Source of the DNA: Piromyces finnis finn
Lineage: Eukaryota > Fungi > Neocallimastigomycota
NCBI GenBank assembly: GCA_002104945.1
Contig: MCFH01000044.1
Span: forward strand, 62,001 to 126,000
Length of the DNA: 64,000 nt
Reading direction: 5' to 3'
The notes under the pieces are model-generated. The model saw only the letters and a program-made list of their open reading frames with translations. It had not been told where the DNA came from and made no database searches. The first letter of the stretch is position 1; the number at the start of each line of letters is the position of its first letter. This document shows, piece after piece, positions 51,401-64,000 of this stretch. A program made the position numbers and the translations under genes.

Positions 51401-54348
51401 TTATTTAGTAATTTTTAATTTTTTTGCTTGAGGTAATTTACTGAATTGGTCTATTAAGAAAAAAAAATAATTATAAAAAATAATATTATTATATTATTAA
51501 CCTAATTTTGATTTAAAAATATATATTACATTTTATTTATTTCCAAATATTATTCTACCTTAAAATTACCTTTCATATCTTCTTTTAGCCAAATTTCACA
51601 TTCTTCTCTTGTTCCTTCTGGATTTCTCAATTGCCAAGAAATAACAGCTTTTAATATTTCACCAATAATTGGACCAGCTTTTAAGTCTAATAATTTGCAT
51701 GCAACTTTACCCTAAGTATTAATAAATTTTATCAATAATACACTTTAATAAACTACTGTTGTACTAATTATTTCATAACTATATAAGTAATAATATACAT
51801 TAATAATAGGTTGGAAGTGATGAATATCTTCTAAGTTGTATTTTTTTATTGCTTCATAAAAAGAAACATATTTCTTATGTATTTTTACCATTTCCTCTTC
51901 ATTGTCTGTTTTGTTTTGTATGTTTTTTTATATATATTATTTAAAATAAAAAAGACTATTAAAACATTTTTCCTTCTTTTTTTTTACTTTTTTAATAAAT
52001 CTTAACACTTGACTTTTTTTAAAAATGATATTACCTATATCTTTTTTTAAATTACAAATCTCATCTACAAATGATAAAATAAGAGATAGTGGCCATTTTT
52101 CTTTTATTGGTGCTGCTGCTGCGTTTAATAAATGATGTCCTTTTATAATTGTTTAACATTATTATTGTTGTTATTTTATTAATATAAATATTTAAAGTAT
52201 TTATTCATTATTAATATACTGATAACTAATATTATATTTATATTAATAATATATCATAAAAAAATTATTTAATCTACCATAAAATTCACGATCTTTTTTT
52301 TCATTTCCATTACTTTGCTTAATTATATTTTGTGTTTCTGGTAAAATAGCATGTAATTTAGATATTGTATCTATATCCTCTCTAGAAAACTATTAATTGA
52401 AAATTAAATTTTTATATATTAACTTTTTTACACAAAATATTTTAAAAAATATATATGAGGTTTTCTTTTTAATAAAAATAACTCTATTTACAGTTAAAGC
52501 GTCTCTTATAATATATACAGTTGCTGGTGCTGATTTTATAGCTTCTCTTCTTCTTTCTAAAAAAGTAATTTTTTTGTATGGTAATAGAAGAGAAGCTAAA
52601 TATAAGAAACGGGTGTATTTTTTATTTAATGGATAATAACTTTTTGGAATTAATGAAGCATACATATCATTTTCAATAATTCTAGTTATAAATATTAATA
52701 ATATATTAAATTTTGAAAATAATTATTATTATTTATTTATATTATATGTTTAAAATTACTTATGTAGGGCTCTAACTGCTTTAAGACCAGTGAGAATATT
52801 GATGTCTGATTTAGTATCTTCGGTAGAAAGAATATTTTCGACTGTTGTAGTTAAATGTTTAATTTTTTCTTCTGTTGGAGATACAATAGAATCAGCATTT
52901 AATTTGACTTCTTTTGATTTTTGATCATCTGATTTAGATGACATATCTTTCTTTTTATCTTTACTTTTTTTCTGGATTTGATCTTGAATTTCTTTTACTT
53001 GAGCTTTTGAAAGAGCAGATCTAATGGTGACAACTGCATTTTCTGGTGGTCGAGCAAACACAATTTTATATAAATTTAAATCATAAAGATATTCACAGGC
53101 TTTTAATGGATTATTACCATTTAGCATTTTATTTAATTCTTCACCAATTCTACTACGACTAGTTCTTGTGCTTAACATATTCTAAAAAAATAATTTTTCA
53201 AAAATTAGTATAAATATTAATTTCTACTCTTTAAATATTAAAAAAGAATTTTCATAATTTATTTAGTTTTATTATTATTATATGAAATGAAATTCAAATA
53301 TTCGTAACATACTTGGATTTCTTCATTTTTTATTGCTTCTAACACATTTTTTTCAATAGTGTATCCGAAATGAGAAGCAAAACGCACCACTCTAAGTGTC
53401 CTTAAAGGATCATCATTAAATGTTTCATATGGTGGTAATGGTGTTCTTATAATTTTTTCCTTTAAATCATGTAAACCCTTTATTATTTGTTATGTATGTT
53501 AAATAAATAAATTATTTTTAATTTAATTAAAAAGATGAGATAGTATTTAAATATATTTAATTATTAAGATCTTCAATTTTAAAAGGATTCAATGTATCAA
53601 TTTCCCATTAAATAAATAATAATAAGTAATATACCATTTTTGTAAAATCTTCAACTTCCTTAGTTTGAATATTGTAAAATAAAGCATTGATAGTAATATC
53701 ACGTCGTGAAGCATCTACTGTTGGTGTGCCATAATTTATGGAATACCCATTTGGTTCTGTACTGTCTATTACTGTTGGTGTATCACCACGTAAGTTTACA
53801 AAATCAATTGATTGACCTAAAACTTTTCCTGTTGCAGTTTCCATATTTTTATTTTTTTCTGGATTAGCGGCTACTCGAGCCATATGAGAAACTTCTAAAT
53901 TATTATTTAACATATATTCTCTTACTAATAAAGCAAAATCATAACCCATCATATTATCTACAGCCACGTCAATATCATTTGATTCAAGACCCAATAACTT
54001 TAATGAGTTTTTTTATTATAATATAATATCATTGTTAAGTATTAATAATATATATATTAAATAATATTTAATTTTATAAATTTTTTTTTATTATATTTTA
54101 TTTTATTTTTAATTTTTAATCAAAAAGTGACTTTTTTTATATCTTTTTTACTTTAAATAAGAAATAAATATTTATTCTTTTATTTAATATATTTAATAGG
54201 TAAGATTTTATAAACTTACTTTATCTCTAACCCAACCACCCGCAATCCTTAAGGTTGGCCTTTCTTTTTTTTTTTCTTTTATAAATTCGCAAACATTACT
54301 TAATATATCAAAAATTTTACTCTCATTCTCAGTCAAATTTATTTTCAT
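51401..54348 (-). CDS. CCA1: CCA-adding enzyme (tRNA nucleotidyltransferase, class II), multi-exon
   Basis: ATG at 54348 gives MKINLTENESKIFDILSNVC...LRIAGGWVRDK|LLGLESNDIDVA...ETAT...IDFVNLR...GTPTVDASRRDITINALFYNI...VEDFT...DDPLRTLRVVRFAS...SRSRIGEELNKML...LKAGPIIGEILKAVISWQLRNP. The end is 51401 if the last intron (51451-51569) is spliced, or 51550 if it is retained. Confidence 0.95.
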
Positions 54349-54369
54349 GGTAATCTATCAAATATTTTT

Positions 54370-54400
<31 letters not shown>

Positions 54401-56838
54401 TATAGTGAGTAATTGTTTCTTTTTCGTTTTTTTAATAATAGATTTTAACTAATAAACTCTTCCTTGAAATTATACAATAATGAACCTATTTTTTTAAAAG
54501 ATATATGTTTCTTATCCAATGAAATATCATCATTTTTTATATATATTCTGAATAAGAAATTTTAAAGGAAAAAAATTAGCATATAACAATAGCTTTATTA
54601 AGGATTAGAGTTATAGTATCTTTGATGATTGATCTTCTTTAAAATTATAAATATCTTTTCATTTTATTACTAGAATAGCTATAAAAAAAAACTAAATACA
54701 TATTACCCATTCATTTTAATTAAAGCTATTGTTTTTTATAATATTACTAAAATAACTATTGAAAACTAAATATATATTATCATTTATTTTCTTAAAACTA
54801 TAAATTTATTCAATATATTTTTATTGAAATAAATATTTTATTTTTTTTTTATGTTGTAATAATTGTTTTAAAATAGAATATTCTAAATATAATTTAAAAA
54901 TAACTACTTTTTTCTTTTTCAAAAAAAAATTATAATAATATTATACATTTCATATGTATGCCTTTTTTAATTGAATTAAATATAATACTTAGAAATTAAA
55001 GATTACCAATTTTTTATATATGAATATGAAATACTATTTATATTTAGTTATAATAATAAATATTAATTTATTATTAAAGAATTTAAACTTTATGTAAATA
55101 TAGAAAATGAAAAATTGAAAATGACTTTTTATCTAATATTTGATATAAGATATAAATAAAAATTTGCATTTTCTTTTTATTATTAATAAGGAATCAATAA
55201 TATAATTTTCATATAATAAATATATCAAAAATTATGATGATTGATTAAAATAAAAAGTCAAGCATTATAATATTAGTACTTCATTTAAATAACTATTAGG
55301 AAAAACATTGATGAAAATAATAGTTTTATTATAAACTAAAACTAATATAATAATATAATATATAATATATCAAAGATAACATGTTATAATACAAGCCATA
55401 AATATACTATATAAAAATTACAATAAATAGTTGATATTAAGAGTTTGTGAAGGTTTTAATTTGAAATAATACAAAATTTATAATCATAAAATATAATAGA
55501 AGAATATAATCTAGGTTTCTTTTAAAAAAATAATAAAGTAAAATTATATAAAATGGTATAGTTTAATAAAAATTTCACCTCTCATTCATATATTCAATAA
55601 GTTATTTAATTTTTGATCATCAGTTAAATAATATTAATCTTTTGAAAATGAAAATAATATATTAAAGGAAAAATAATAATGAAAATAATTTTCAAATAAA
55701 AATAATAAATTATTTTTTAATTTAATAAAGTAACATTATTAATTTGCAAATAAAGGATTTTTATTAAATTTTAAAAATTTATTATATTTATCGTTACACT
55801 AAATAGTTAATTTTAATAAAGTTATATTTAACAACTTCATATAAATAATGTATAAAAAGATAATAATGATAAAAAAAATACTTTTTTTCGGTCTACAAAA
55901 TTTTTTTTTTTTTTTTTTGGGTAAATTAATAATTGTGATACAAAACCTTTTTTTAAATTAAAATATTACAATTCGTTTCAGTAACGTTTTTTAATAAATA
56001 TTTTAATTAAAAAAAAATAACAAATTTCCTATTTTATTGAATTTTTAATAAAGAAGCGAATATTTTTTTAAAATAATAAAGCTTATTAAATACTTTTTTT
56101 TTTAATTTTTAATTTTATGAAGATTATTTTATTTGTTAAGGAAATGATACCAATATAAATAATATATATGTATTTTTTATTTATATTAATTAATAAATAA
56201 AATTACAATTTTATTATTATCTTTTTTAGAATTGCTATTATTATGGAGTATTATGATGATTGATAAATTATATTTTAATTTACTTTTCAAATTGTTCATC
56301 TAAAATTTTAATATTTTTATGGAGATGATCTTGTATAAATTATTTTATAAATAAAATTTTTTATTAAAGAAAAATATAGTAATATTATCAATAATTTGAA
56401 GAAAAAATGAATATATAATATTATATATAAATAAAAACTAGATTCTATTATGTAATTAAATTACAAATCCTCATTTAAATGATGAATAAAAAATATTGGT
56501 TTTTATAAAATGATGTAGATTATAAGAATTTTAATAATTATATACTAAAAAAGCTTAGTAATATCAAATAATTTTTTAATAAAATATTAATTAATAAGTT
56601 TTCTTAATTATCCAATGAAAATTATATATTCTTATTATCATATATTAACTGTAATTTATAATAAATAAATTAACATAATATATGCCGTTAAATAGTCTCT
56701 AAAATATTTTCAAATAGTTAATATAAAAAGAAAGTAAATTGTCTAATTTTTTAATTTCCTATATTTTATTTTTGTATTTATTTCATAATTGATAAAGTTT
56801 TGTATAATAATTGTAAATATAGAAATATAAAATCAAAA

Positions 56839-58476
56839 ATGAGATTCTCAAATATTTTAACTTTTGTTGGGGTAATTGGAACTGCTTTTGCTGCTTGTCG
56901 TAAGTCTATAATGTTTAAATTAATTAAAATAATTTTAAGGATTAATAATAGTAAATTTAAATTATAAAATTTAATATAATAAATAGCACAAGGTTTAAGT
57001 AGTTGTGGTCAAGCTTGTTATCCACCAAATTTATATTCTTGTGATAAGGGTACCTTATGGTAAATAAATATTCTAAAATTAAATAATAAGATATAAATTG
57101 TAAATTACTAAAATTAAAAAAAAAAAAAAATTGAAAAAAGTATATATTAAAAAAATATTATTGTAATAATTTTAATTAAACAATTAAAAAATAAATAATT
57201 TTTTTAATGGACTTTAAAAAAAAGTCCAATTGGTATGAAGAGTTGTAATGGAGCTTGTTATAGCCCAAATGAATATCACTGTGAAAATGGAAATTTAATT
57301 TATGGAGCTGAACCAATCCCAGTCTATACTCCACCATCTAATAGTGCTGTTGAAAGTAATTGTCCAGGTGGTCAATTAAGTTGTGGTGAAAGCTGTTATG
57401 ATCCAGCAATTTATAGTTGTGATAACAACCAATTATGCCCACAAGGAATGAAAAGTTGTTCAGGAGCATGTTATAATCCAAAAGAATATCACTGTGAAAG
57501 CGGTGGTTTAGTTTACGGACCATCTTCAGGTGGAAATAATGCTCCATATAACCCACCTGTCAATAATCCACCATATAATCCACCAGCTACTAATACTCCA
57601 TCCTACAGTCCACCACCAAGTAGCACTGGAAATGATACTAAGAATTATGATGGATTTAAACTTGTATTTTCTGATGAATTTGAAGGTAATTCCCTTGATA
57701 GAGGTAAATGGACTCCAGAAGTTAATTGCTGGGGTGGTGGTAATGCCGAAAAGCAATGTTATGTTGATCACCCAGAAACAATTTTTGTAAAAGACGGTCA
57801 ATTACACTTAAAGGCTATTTACAAGGGTGCTTATCAATTAAACGGAAATGATAAGTGTACTCTTGATAATGAAGGTTCTTGTTCATGGACTCAACCAATT
57901 ATTAGTGGTCGTGTCAATTCTAAGTTAAACAATTTATCTTGGAAGTACGGTAAGGTTAGAGTTAAGGCTCTTTTACCATCTGGTCCATTCTTATGGCCAG
58001 CTATTTGGATGCTTCCACAAGATGATGTATATGGTACATGGGCTGCTTCTGGTGAAATTGATATTATGGAAGCTAGAGGTCAAGATCCAACCATTATTAG
58101 TCATGCTATCCACTATGGTGGTCAATGGCCAAATAATGTTTACAGCGATAAACTTGCTACTGTTTCTAATGCTCAAGAAAACTGGCATGTTTATGGTGTT
58201 GACTGGACTGAAGATTCTTTAGTTTTTTCTATTGATGATAATCCAACTTATACTGTTGACTTAAATCGTAGTTTCTATTCTGGAAAAGGTGAAAATCCAT
58301 ACACTGGTCCGCGTCAACCATTTGATCAAAAATTCCACTTATTATTCAACGTTGCTGTTGGTGGTGGTTTCTTTGATGCTGGTAAATATGGTGAATTTAA
58401 TCCAGCATCTCATTCTCAACAATGGACTCGTCCAGAATTAGCTATTGACTGGGTTCGTGTATATCAAAGAACTTAA
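56839..58476 (+). CDS. Secreted GH16 laminarinase-type beta-1,3-glucanase with two N-terminal CBM52-like Cys-rich modules and a Pro-rich linker, 461 aa; exons 56839-56899, 56987-57059, 57225-58476
   Basis: Signal peptide MRFSNILTFVGVIGTAFA. Two copies of CP.G..SCG..CY.P..YSCD...LCP.GMKSC.GACY.P.EYHCE.G.L.YG, then an NPPYNPP linker, then a catalytic domain with FSDEF, GGGNAEKQCY, LWPAIWMLP, WAASGEIDIMEARG (E-x-D-x-x-E), WHVYGVDW and PFDQKFHLLFNVAVGG. Confidence 0.92.
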
Positions 58477-58876
58477 AATTTAAGAGATATTATCATTCAT
58501 ATATAAATAAGTTTTGAAGTATCTGAAACTTATTTTTTATAAAAATTAACTCATATTTAAATAAAAATAGATATTTTGATATTTTATCTGAAACTTATTT
58601 TTTATAAAATTTATTTCTTGTAAAATTACAATTTGTATTAATTATTTGTAATAAAAAGTTTAATATTTTTAAAATAATTTTTTATGGCATTTATTATACA
58701 AATTATTGATAAATATTATATAAATGAAATAATACAAATTATTGATAAATATTATATAAATGAAATAAAATAATTTGAATTATATAAAAATTAACAAATA
58801 ATTTTTAATAGATAATAATATAAATCTAATGTATATAAGATGAGATGTAATATATAATGCTTTAATTATTTACATT

Positions 58877-61800
58877 TTAAATATACAAAATTTTTACTAT
58901 TAACCATAATAATATAATATAAATTGAATCTTTGGATAATTTATAATTAAAAATAGCTTTACTTGGTACACATTTATTAGGATTATTTTTATCTTTTTGA
59001 CATTCAGTATAACCATATTTTTTAGTAGAGCAAATAAAAAGGTCGCTATTTTTTTTATATGAGATATCAAATTCTTCTAAAAATTTTATATTTTTATCCT
59101 TTATATTAGTTTCTATACTGCTATCATTTTTATATTCGTCACCATCACTATCTTCTACATTTTCGTCATTATTATTTTTTCTTTTTTTAAGAAATGAAAT
59201 AATACCACTAATATCATATTTGCTCATACTTCCTTTTGCAATACTATTATCCTTTTTATTTAAAAGTTCTTCGTTTTGTTTTTCTAATTGTTTTGCTGAA
59301 GAAACATAATTATTTATACAAATAAGATCAAAAACCATTGTAGCTGTTTCTAGATCATATCGACAGTTACTAAATACACCCGAGATTGAAGATAAATAAT
59401 CAGATGAAACGTAAGAATCCTCTGCTGTAGAATTATTATGAACAGTAATAAGATAATTCATATATTTAATATTTTCTGGATAGTTCTCTTGATCCATCAA
59501 TGGGAAATGTATAATATATTTTCCAAAACCTTCTGTACTTGCTATGTCACTATGATTTTCTTTAATATCTTTGACATCAATATAATCAATGCATTGTTCC
59601 ATTTTCATTAGGGAAAATATGGAATCTCTTAAACACTGATAATAATTATTCTTTAAATAATAATACTCTCCTACATTACATTTTTGTTTAATACAGCTTG
59701 ATAATATATTACGGTAACCTTTATTTGAAGATTCTAATGAGGTGTCTTCATATACTTTTTGTGTTGTTGCTTTACTATTATATTCACAATAATAAATATT
59801 TCCAGATGATGTCATTACATAGCCAGTATCTTCTATTTCACGACATTCTTTATTTAAATCACATTGGAACATTTTTTGATCAATAGTGTAGAAAATTCCA
59901 TTCATCAAACCTTTTGATTTAATAATAGCAGAATCATTATCAACATCAAATTTAAATACATGAGTGTATCCGGGATAAAGTGAAATATTGGCATAGCCAC
60001 TGATAGTTGCTTTTGACCAAATATTATTTTCATATTTGAAAAGAGATTTCATGATATTATCATAGTAATAGACACCTTCATTTGGCTTATATTCATCGCA
60101 ATGATTTTCATTACAACCATATAATATTATTAATTGACTAGGATCATTAAAATCTTTAAATTCCGCAGTTATACGAGTATTATTATTAATAAGATAATAT
60201 CCCTTTTCTTCAATTAATTTTGCAGAATAACTGGAAAGGCGGTATAAATTTTTAGAGAAAACATAAGCTTCAGAATCAGTATACTCCATCATAACACATT
60301 GCCTAGTTGATTTTGTTGTTTGATTTTGAAGAAAAACCAATTGACCACTAGTATCAATACAAAATTCTTCATTATTATCGTCTATTGATACTTTACATAT
60401 ATTTTGATCTTGTCGAGTACAGGTGATATTATTATTCTGAGGGAAAAAGAATTTATTATAAGAAGGGTCAAACATAAACATATGTTTATTAACATCTACA
60501 AAATAAAAAACTGATGAAATGTTTTTTAATATTTTACAATATTCTCCATTACATTCATATAATTCGATAGAATCTTCATTATATAATTTAATATTATTAG
60601 AATTTAGTAAGGTATGATTTTGAGTATCAATAAAGTATAGACCATTATCTAATTTTTGGGAAATCTGATTATCGTCTATATTGTAAATTATATTTTCTAT
60701 AGTGTAGTAGTAGGATCTATAGACACTAGAAGCCTCGATACAGTTTATATTGATGTTATCAAATAGTTCATTGTAATCTTTATTGATATCATACGAAGTA
60801 TTAATAGAGTCAGTAGCAAAATAGAGCTGTGAATGATAATAATTTGTACAATATCCTCCTTGTGTAATCAAATTTATATCCATTTGTAAGGAGGAATATC
60901 TCGTGGAAATAAAACATTTATTATTTGAAAATTCGCAAATTGGAATAGCCATTAATTCTTTTTCTGATAATTGATTACATTCGGTGTTTGTACAATTGAT
61001 TAAGTTTCTATCTTTTTGATTTAAGTTAGTGGGTAAATCTCTTGAAGTTAACTTATTACTAGTTATAGTATTTTTTAGTAATGCTGACACATATATACCA
61101 GGCTTATTGGAAATCGTATTACAAGTGTTGTCATTATTAATACAATTAATCAAAGTATTATTATAAATAGAAATATAATATCCATCATTCGCTTTTTCTT
61201 TATAGCAATTCATATTATTTATTGAATTAAGAGCACAGTGAATAATGTAATTTGTTCCATTTACAAAAGAATTAGCATCAGGATAGTAACCTTCTTTTAA
61301 GGATTCTTCTGTACATTCAAAAGAATTTTTACAATGAATAATACTATTATTATTGTGAGAAAGATAATATCCAGTCGCTGGTAGAGTAGGTATACAGTTA
61401 TTTTTTGTGCATGTAATTAAATTTTCACTTGGTGTAAGTGCCCCTTTGTTAATATAATAGGTTGGATAATCCATAGTATTATTAACATAATAAAAGTCTT
61501 TGATATTTTGATAGTTAATAATTTTTTTGGCTTCACAATCAAAATAATATCCTTTTTGTGGTTCGAATAATTCACAAGCAGTTCTATTACATTTTATTAA
61601 TAAATCAGTTGTATTTTTATATCCAGAATTAAGCAGGTAACAATTTTCTATATTAGTATTGAATTCGTATAAGGTACTGTTTGTAATTGCTGATACAGTT
61701 AATGATTTACATTCTTTATTATCATTACATCGTATTACACTGTTATTAGTATCTTATTTTTATTTTTTCAGATTTTATTATAGTTAATATATGAATAATA

Positions 61801-64000
61801 ATAATAATATTAAAATATATTTTTTTCATAATAAAATAAATCAACTATATAAAAAGTATTATTTTAAAAATATAATAAATAATTTTTACCATCTAAATAA
61901 CTTCCTTTTGTAGTTAAAACGTCTAAAGTAGAATTGGTACATTTCATTCCTAGTTTTAATGGTTCATACAAAATAAACTTACTTTCTAAACATTCTTTTT
62001 CTTCAATACAACTCTCTGTGGATGAATTGCAATTGAATATTTTCATGGTATTAATATCATATTTTGTTATAGTGGTGTTAAGACTTAACAATTGCTCATT
62101 ATTACTATTTAAAATGAAGTATCCATCATATGGAAAATAAGTAATGGAATAATTAGATACTTTATAGAGTGATCCAGGATTAACAGTCATTCCTGGAAAT
62201 TCAGAAAACTTTACTTCAAAATATGCATATTTTGAAGTAGATTCAGATTGAAGAGGAATAGAGAAATTTTTAAATTCCATACCATTATTAATTGTATTGG
62301 TAATATTAAAGCTTTTTGTAATTAAACTCAGCTGAGATTGATATATACAACAATTTCCTGCGATGTAGAATTTTGGGGTAATTGTTGCTTGACAATCATC
62401 TGGCTTTTCTAAAGAACACTGACGTCCATTACAACTAATTATTTGTTTACTATCTAGAGCATATATATAATATCCTTTAAATGGGTCTTTATTCTGGCAT
62501 TTGGAATTTTCACAAAATATTAATTGAGAAAACAAATTTTCGTTGATATTAACTTTAGAAGATTGCATTAAATAATACCCATTATTACTAGTGGTTGGTT
62601 GACATGAAATTGCCAGAGTTGAGTTTTTAGCTCCTTTACAATAAATTAATGGAAATGTGTTATTATTGATATTATTATTTAAAAAATATCCCTCTTCTGG
62701 ATGAGTGTGAATTAATGCATATTTATTTACATCAACTATTTTATAGGTAATTAAATACCCTTGTTTACCAGAAATGAAGTATTCATTTTTATTAGTGTTT
62801 GTGATATCTACTTCTTTACATTCAATATTATTAGAGTTTGCTTTTTCATCAGAACAATATATTAATTTAGGGTTTGAGGTGATTATATCTTGACTTCCAT
62901 TAATATAATAACCAATATTAGCTAATGATTTATCTTCCTTACAGTAGGTATCATTTTTGCAACTAATAAGATGGCCAGTATGTGCTTTAGAAATAAAATA
63001 TGAATTTTTATAGTATAATATATTTATTGAATTACATAAATGAATGGAATCACAGTAAATCAATGGTTTATCGTTGTCTTCTATTGATGTTCCAGAATTT
63101 ATATAGTAACCTTCTTCTATCAATTTATTGTAAAAACATTTATTATTATTACATTCAATCATAACATTATTATCTTGTTGAATTCCAATATAATATTGAT
63201 CATTTTTAGCAATTTTAAAAGAACAATTATTATTGTAGCAATAAATTAGAGTGTTATTCATAGAGGATGCAGCTGAGTTTACATAAAACCCATTTAGGAT
63301 ATTATTTTTTAATAAGCATTTTCCTTTACTACATTCAATAATACCAGTTTTATTATTACTCTTTTTTTGAATATAATACGAACCATTAGAACCATCTTCA
63401 ATATTACATAAAACCTCTTTTTTTAAAGTATTATATTTACAACTTATAATATCTCTTTCATATTTATTAGAAGTTTTTGGTAATAGTTCAGCATTGATGA
63501 AAGAATAACCATCTTCTGGCTTAATACTTTGTAATATAGTATCAGCGTTTTGAAGTCCTGATAGTTCTATAACTTCTCTATTTTGAAAAGTAGATAAATA
63601 AAATCCATTTTCCTTAGGTAAATGGCAACTTGTTGAATTATCCTTTTGACATATATAAATAGTTTTTATTGGGATAGAAGTATTATTAATTAATCGATTG
63701 TTGTTATCAAAGAGATATATTCCTCTTTTTGAAAAATTATCATATTCGATCTTACAAAGTACAGAACTATAATCTTCTAAACCTGTTGTTCTTGGCATTA
63801 ATTTTACTCTGATAGGTTCTTGATAATTATCAATATCACTTTTCTTATCATCATTATTAATATCAAAATTTTCTAAAATTACTTTTTTGTGAAAACTTTT
63901 ATTACTAATTTCTTTGTTTAATGATAATGGTGCATTGTTAGTGTGATTAATCTTGGAATGATATTGTAGCACAGTATTATTTACATTATTTTTATTAGCT
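58877..64000 (-). CDS. Second scaffoldin-like Cys-rich surface protein, 5' end beyond the window; exons >64000-61890 and 61752-58877
   Basis: The frame is open to the window edge. A GT-AG intron at 61753-61889 joins ORFs 61864-63972 and 58877-61474 in frame (YLD|DTNNSVIRC...). It has GYY..LIxC...C repeats, blocks homologous to the gene at 2218-6579 (ELxxIPICE, GGxCTN..YFATD, YGC...C..Y.P.EGVYYYD, GY.EC....NP.KC.PS.A) and a hydrophobic C-terminal tail. Confidence 0.8.

Noticed and set aside
57235-57540. Cys-rich GH16 N-terminal repeats as fungal dockerins (CBM10-like NCDD)
   Set aside because: They lack the typical C...GY.CC...YxDxxGxWGxENxxWC pattern and fit a CBM52-like pattern better.
58518-58770. 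Short direct duplications (~25 and ~37 bp) between the GH16 and scaffoldin-2 stop codons
   Set aside because: Two-copy AT-rich slippage duplications with no sign of a mobile element or regulatory structure.

Overview
Very AT-rich eukaryotic DNA with short GT-AG introns and long homopolymer and microsatellite tracts. The gene content points to an anaerobic gut fungus (Neocallimastigomycota); this is inferred from two Cys-rich scaffoldin-like genes, the extreme AT bias and bacterial-like intronless genes. In order, the window holds: a complete scaffoldin-like surface protein gene (2218-6579 +); UBC1/E2-25K (-); an intronless F-box gene (+); SNF1/AMPK-alpha (-); a ~1,800-aa low-complexity protein with a putative membrane segment (-); an HBS1/SKI7-family translational GTPase with Ski7-type exosome-binding motifs and diverged G motifs (+); an Asn/Met-rich prion-like protein (-); a protein with ~30 tandem 15-aa repeats (-); a cluster of decayed LINE retrotransposons; a frameshifted bacterial-type alpha/beta-hydrolase pseudogene; CCA-adding enzyme (-); a secreted GH16 beta-glucanase with two CBM52-like modules (+); and a second, 5'-truncated scaffoldin-like gene (-). 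I found no rRNA, tRNA or CRISPR array. The best leads are the stand-alone Ski7-like gene, the CBM52-GH16 chimera beside a scaffoldin, the decayed horizontally acquired hydrolase and the skippable catalytic micro-exon of UBC1. Exon boundaries were read by eye, and family assignments rest on recalled motifs, not database searches.
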